This document shows positions 53,017 through 59,000 of a stretch of DNA of 64,000 nt, piece by piece (the first letter of the stretch is position 1; each line of letters opens with the position of its first letter). A program made the translations under genes and the position numbers. The notes below the pieces were generated by a model. It made no database searches. It was not told where the DNA came from and worked only from the letters and a program-made list of their open reading frames with translations. The stretch spans positions 8,060,001-8,124,000 of the forward strand of contig OZ024758.1 in the NCBI GenBank assembly GCA_964016885.1. Direction: 5' to 3'. Source of the DNA: Eledone cirrhosa. Its lineage: Eukaryota.

Positions 53017-56000
53017 AGATCAAAAGATGGTTAAAAGAGTTCCATGTATTTTATTATGCGCATTTCAAAAACAAATATCATCATGCAATAACATTTGCGT
53101 TTTCGTCAGATAAAATAGGGAGACATGATATGAAGGTTAAAAAACACTTGTGAATAGTGCAGTTTTAAATCAACATATGACAAGTGTGTTTTAACCTTCA
53201 TATCATGTCTCCCTATTTTATCTGACGAAAACGCAAATGTTATTGCATGATGATATTTGTTTTTGAAATGCGCATAATAAAATACATGGAACTCTTTTAA
53301 CCATCTTTTGATCTTATATATTATTTATACTCCAGGCCAAAAACTGTAGAGTGCTTCTTATCCGATATCTGCATTGCTTTATTGTACTACAATAAAACTC
53401 ACCTCCTACATCATCATCATCATCATCATTTCATTTTACATCCGCTTTTCCCTGCTTGCAAGGGTGGGACGGGAACTGATTCTGGCTTGATTTCTACAGC
53501 TGGATGCCCTTCCTAACACCAACCTCATTTACAGTGAGTGCTGGGTGCTTTTTTGCCGTGGCACCTCCACGACCACTTTGCAGTGGAATGATGGGGACCC
53601 CAGTCCCTATCATCTCATTTCTACAGCTGAGTAAACTGGAGCAATGTGAAATAAAGTGTCTTGCTCAAGGACACAACACATCGCCTGGTCTGAGAATTGA
53701 ACTCACAACCTTTCGATTGCAAGGCCAATGCTCTAACCACTAAGCCATGTGCCTCCATATATATATACACACACACACATATTAAAGATTCTAGATTGAA
53801 AATAGATCTCCAGAATGCCCTGCTTAAACAATAGTAACAAAACCCCTGACATGGCCAATTCCTAAAAAAGGAAGGAGGTAGACAAGCAGAAGGAGGTAGA
53901 CAAGCAGAATTCACAAAACTGCTGCAGCTTCCGACAGAACAGGATGTTAAGTGTTTCAGAGCTATGTTTAATTTTTTTTTTTTTTTATATTTTCTGGCTG
54001 CATATGTTGTAAACTACTCTCTTTAAAACCACTCAAGATATAGGCTCGCCATCTCATGATGAATTGTCATATGGTGTAATAAAAGATACTTGTATTTCTT
54101 TTGTCCCAAATTTCAACATTTGTTATCATTTACATCTTACCGATACATTAAATAGATGATCCTAGACATCATAGTCAAAAGATAATTCTATAAAATTATA
54201 TTGCTATACAATTCTATTAAACTATGTTGCTATACTATTTAGAGTTTATCTTTTTTATTTTCTATTGATAGATATTATTATAGTTATTTTGTAAATAAAT
54301 GACATTATTAACAAAATTGTCTTTGATCTCTTTCAAAGTAAAAATTAAAAACAGAATAAAAAAAAAAGGATTTCTAATTATTCTGTTATGGGAGATAATT
54401 ATTTTTGTTTTGTTTTTTAACTCATTAATGCTTCATTTTTTTTTTTTTTCTTCTTCAGAGATCTTTAGTATCTGTACTTTTGTTGTTTGTTTCATTTCTT
54501 TTGTTTTCCAGATATATACATAATGTTTTTTTTATTATCACTCGACAAAAAGTTTCATAATTATATAAACAACTCATATATTGTATTTTCACTTAAGTTA
54601 ATCATTTTTATATCATTTTAAGTAGCAGTAATTGTTGCTGAGTAAATACAAACTTATGTAGATCATTTATCTAATTATTTGTGTTCCATTATAAATGTGC
54701 TAAATTATTCTATTGTGGCAGCACAAACAGATAACTGTTGTATTACAATAAAAGTTTTTGATGCTGCAAATTGTAGGGCTTAACCCTTTCATGACTGCAT
54801 TTGGAGGCACATGGCTTAGTGGTTAGAGCATTGGCCTTGCAATCGAAAGGTTGTGAGTTCAATTCTCAGACCGGGTGATGTGTTGTTTCCTTGAGCAAGA
54901 CACTTTATTTCACATTGCTCCAGTTTACTCAGCTGTAGAAATGAGATGATAGGGACTGGGGTCCATATCATTCCACTGCAAAGTGGTCGTGTAGGTGCCA
55001 CGGCAAAAACCACCCAGCACTCACTGTAAATGAGGTTGGTGTTAGGAAGGGCATCCAGCTGTAGAAATCAAACCAGAATCAGTTCCCGTCCCACCCTTGC
55101 AAGCAGGGAAAAGTGGACGTAAAATGAAATGATGATGATGATTTCTAATGAAATACTCTGTTTCATCATCATCACTGTTTAACGTTCATTTTTCTACTCA
55201 TAATTAATGAAGAATTTTGAAGGATTTACTAAAATTATGTTAAAAGATTTTAACTTGGTTATTGCACAATTAAGCAAAACCTTGTGTCCCCCTTTCACTG
55301 TGAACATGTACCAAGGTCCACTATTGGTTTCAACAGTAATCTAAACTGACTTTGTGTCCCCCTTTCAATGTGAACATGTACCAGAGTGTTTGCTATGTAG
55401 AGTAACTTTCATATGATAGATCCATATTCCATTAAAAGAAAGCAGACATGTAGTAACATTTACTCTATGTATTTACACAACTTCCTTTTCTTAAAATTGA
55501 ATAGCTAGGGCATTACTCTACAACGAATATGGATTCAAGAATATAGAATGTTCTCCCACACAGCATGAGCTTCTGTGGACATTACTAAAGGATAATGTTC
55601 AGCAATCATATACTATATATATATAAACCGAGGAATTCATGAACAAAAAAATCAATGTTAGAAGCGGGGTAGGGGGTTATATGTGGGGTCAACATTTTGA
55701 CAACTTTCACCAACTTCAAATTCTACATAAATAAGATTTGGATTTTTGCCCATTTCTCAAACATAAAATAGCGAAGTCGGCTTCTATTTGTATTGGCTTA
55801 TATTTGAGTATATACTATATACAGTAATTTCTTAATGTGGTAATATGCCATAGCTCAAAGAGGAAGTGTTTGTCACTAAACTACACACACTCACACACAC
55901 ACAGAGATGAACTGAAAGTTGTTAGTTGTCAGGAAATTATGACAAGTCTTCAAATCATGCTGCAACACACAATATGGACCTTCCGGGCTAGATTTCATGT

Positions 56001-59000
56001 ATGTGTGCCAAAACATTGGCAAGCATATGCATGACAATGTTCTCAAGGCTAAACAACCTGTTACTTATATATTCCTTATATGAATATAAATGACACACAT
56101 TGTTCTGTACATTTAGACAATTGTTAATATCCTATATTTGCCAACACTGTTTATTTAACAACCATCAGATCTTCCTGCCATACCCTGCACAAATAAAGCT
56201 GCTTACAAACAAGAAATATTCTTCTATTAACCCTTTAGATACCAACCCAGTGAAAACCAGCTCTTGTTCTATGAAACAAAACCACCCATTTTAATGGTTT
56301 CCAATTTAAATTAAAATCTTCCAACATAATTTTATAAAAGAACTTTATGTTATGTTACTATCTTAGTAATGAAATAATTAATAATTTTAGTGAATCCATT
56401 GAAATTCTTTATTAATTAAAATAGAGTGTATTTCATTAGAAATGTGGTGATGAAAGGGTTAAGAGACTGATTTGTTATTACAAAGGCTGCTACAACAATA
56501 TTAGCTGTTGAATAAAGAAAAAAGAGGCAGATCCCCTGCAATCTTACTACAATCATTAGCCTGTCATTGTTTATATTTTAACAATATTTTATTATTTGTA
56601 TTTACTAGATTTTCTGGACTAACAGCTCCTCCTCTCGACCTCCTTGGTGAATGTGTTCAGACTCTTACTCAAGTTGCTAAGAAACATCCTCAAAAGGTAT
56701 GGCAATATTTTAGCACAGTTTATAAAACTTGTGGCCAGATAATATTGTTTATTATAGTTAATGACGTCATATGTAACTGATTAATTGTTCAGTTTCCTAT
56801 TATTTCACAGCTTCTTGTATAATACCTTTCCACTTTTCTACATCTTGTATAGTACTCTTCCACCTCTACATCTTGTATAATACCCTTCCACCTTTCTACA
56901 TCTTGTATAATACCCTTCCACCTCTCTACATCTTGTATAATACCTTTCCACCTCTCTATATCTTGTATAATACCCTTCCACCTCTCTATATCTTGTATAA
57001 TACCCTTCCACCTCTCTACATCTTGTATAGTACCCTTCCACCTCTCTACATCTTGTATAATACCTTTCCACCTCTCTATATCTTGTATAATACCCTTCCA
57101 CCTCTCTACATCTTGTATAGTACCCTTCCACCTCTCTATATCTTGTATAGTACCCTTCTACCTCTCTACATCTGGTATAGTACCCTTCCACCTCTCTACA
57201 TCTTGTATAGTACCCTTCTACCTCTCTACATCTGGTATAGTACCCTTCCACCTCTCTACATCTGGTATAGTACCCTTCTACCTCTCTACATCTTGTATAG
57301 TACCCTTCTACCTCTCTACATCTTGTATAGTACCCTTCCACCTCTCTACATCTTGTATAGTACCCTTCTACCTCTCTACATCTTGTATAGTACCCTTCTA
57401 CCTCTCTACATCTTGTATAGTACCCTTCTACCTCTCTACATCTTGTATAGTACCCTTCTACCTCTCTACATCTGGTATAGTACCCTTCTACCTCTCTACA
57501 TCTGGTATAGTACCCTTCTACCTCTCTACATCTGGTATAGTACCCTTCTACCTCTCTACATCTTGTATAGTACTCTTCTACCTCTCTACATCTTGTATAG
57601 TACCCTTCTACCTCTCTACATCTGGTATAGTACCCTTCCACCTCTCCACACATCTTTTTGTATTTTCATTGAAGTCTGTTAATGTCTTTTGAGCTGTATG
57701 GGTTGGGTAGCAGATAACAGAGCAGGTAGTGCTCCATAGTATGGTTTACTGCTCCACATATGTAAATGTCTGAGCTAGTCCTGTATCTCCATCTGATTAA
57801 ACTACCTGTCTTCTTGTCAGATGGTTATGTGTCTTCCACTGATCCTACAGTGCTCCTGAGCCAGGAGGGAGGTTTTCAGAAAGTGGGGATATCCATGTCA
57901 GTTGGAGGAAGGTCATTCTCAAGCCTCTCCTTCTTTCTTCTTTAAATTACATCTCTTCGGGCTTTCTTTACTGATAGCAAGAGAAACCAAAATAGATCAC
58001 CAGTTACTGAAATTATAAAAACATCAACATATGGTGTATTAATTTCAGAGAGATGTAATTACAATAACAATTTTTATTTTTATTCATCAAATAATAATTG
58101 AAGGTTTGGCCCATTGACATATTATATAGAATGGTTTGGTATGGACCCATAACTCCTGATGTAGTCATAGGGGTGTCATAGTGACATACGGTGTTTCTTG
58201 GGCATTTTAGGCTGAGCTGAGCCCATCCCTCTCCAAGCCTGAATACAACAGATTTCTTCCAGAGAAAGATAAAAAGATTGTGAGAAAGAGGAAGAATTAA
58301 CCCCAGTACTAAACTGGTACTTTTTTTATCGACCTTGAATGGATGAAAGACAAAGTTGACCTCAGAGAACAGAACCAGAACAAAAATACTACAAAACATT
58401 CTGACATTCTAACGACTCTGCTAATTTGCTACCTTATTATATAGAATAGAAAACACTAAATTTGATGCTTATAATGCGGAAAATTTAAATTATTTCCAAT
58501 TACCTTTGCTGTATACTGTCCTTTCTATCTTAATTAGAAACAATTAATTAATTAAAACAAGTTCTGTGATAAATGTTAAATTTGTACATTCCCATTTAAT
58601 TAAAAATGAGATTATCGCCATTGTCCAGAACCACAAGTTCTTGTCAAACTATACACAAGGGTCCCCACAGTGGTTGATATTGGTCCCTACCTCCAGGGGT
58701 TGGTGGAATTACACTGGGAGTTGATTGAACTTTTGGACCAAAACTTGACATTTGTATCCGAAATGAAAATACCTAAAATAACACAATAAGCCACAGCTTG
58801 CTTATTGTACAGATTTCTGATTTGTATATAATTAATTAATTAATCTTGATTGTCTATTTTTATTCTATTTACTGATTTGTTTATTTTCTTGCTTGAGGTT
58901 GATGTAAGGTCAAGGGCTCCATGAAGGGGTCGGTAGTCTAAAAAAGGGATCCTTGGTGTAGAGCAGGGGGTTCCCAACATCATCGCCCACTTTCACATGG

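Larger units (their letters stand above)
53007..53409 (+). mobile_element. Fold-back Penelope-like pseudo-LTR element (inverted arms plus unique 3' tail)
   Basis: Arms 53007-53151 and 53180-53324 (145 nt, one mismatch), 28-nt loop, tail of about 85 nt with AATAAA at 53391; preceded by (TA)n; contains hammerheads. Confidence 0.75.

Noticed and set aside
56838-57682. 271-aa and 269-aa ORFs
   Set aside because: Pure translation of a 30-bp minisatellite; no splice or homology support.
58656-58955. Second hAT-like element (CAAGGGTCCC / GGGATCCTTG termini)
   Set aside because: The termini are plausible but there is no matching 8-bp TSD, so I did not call it.
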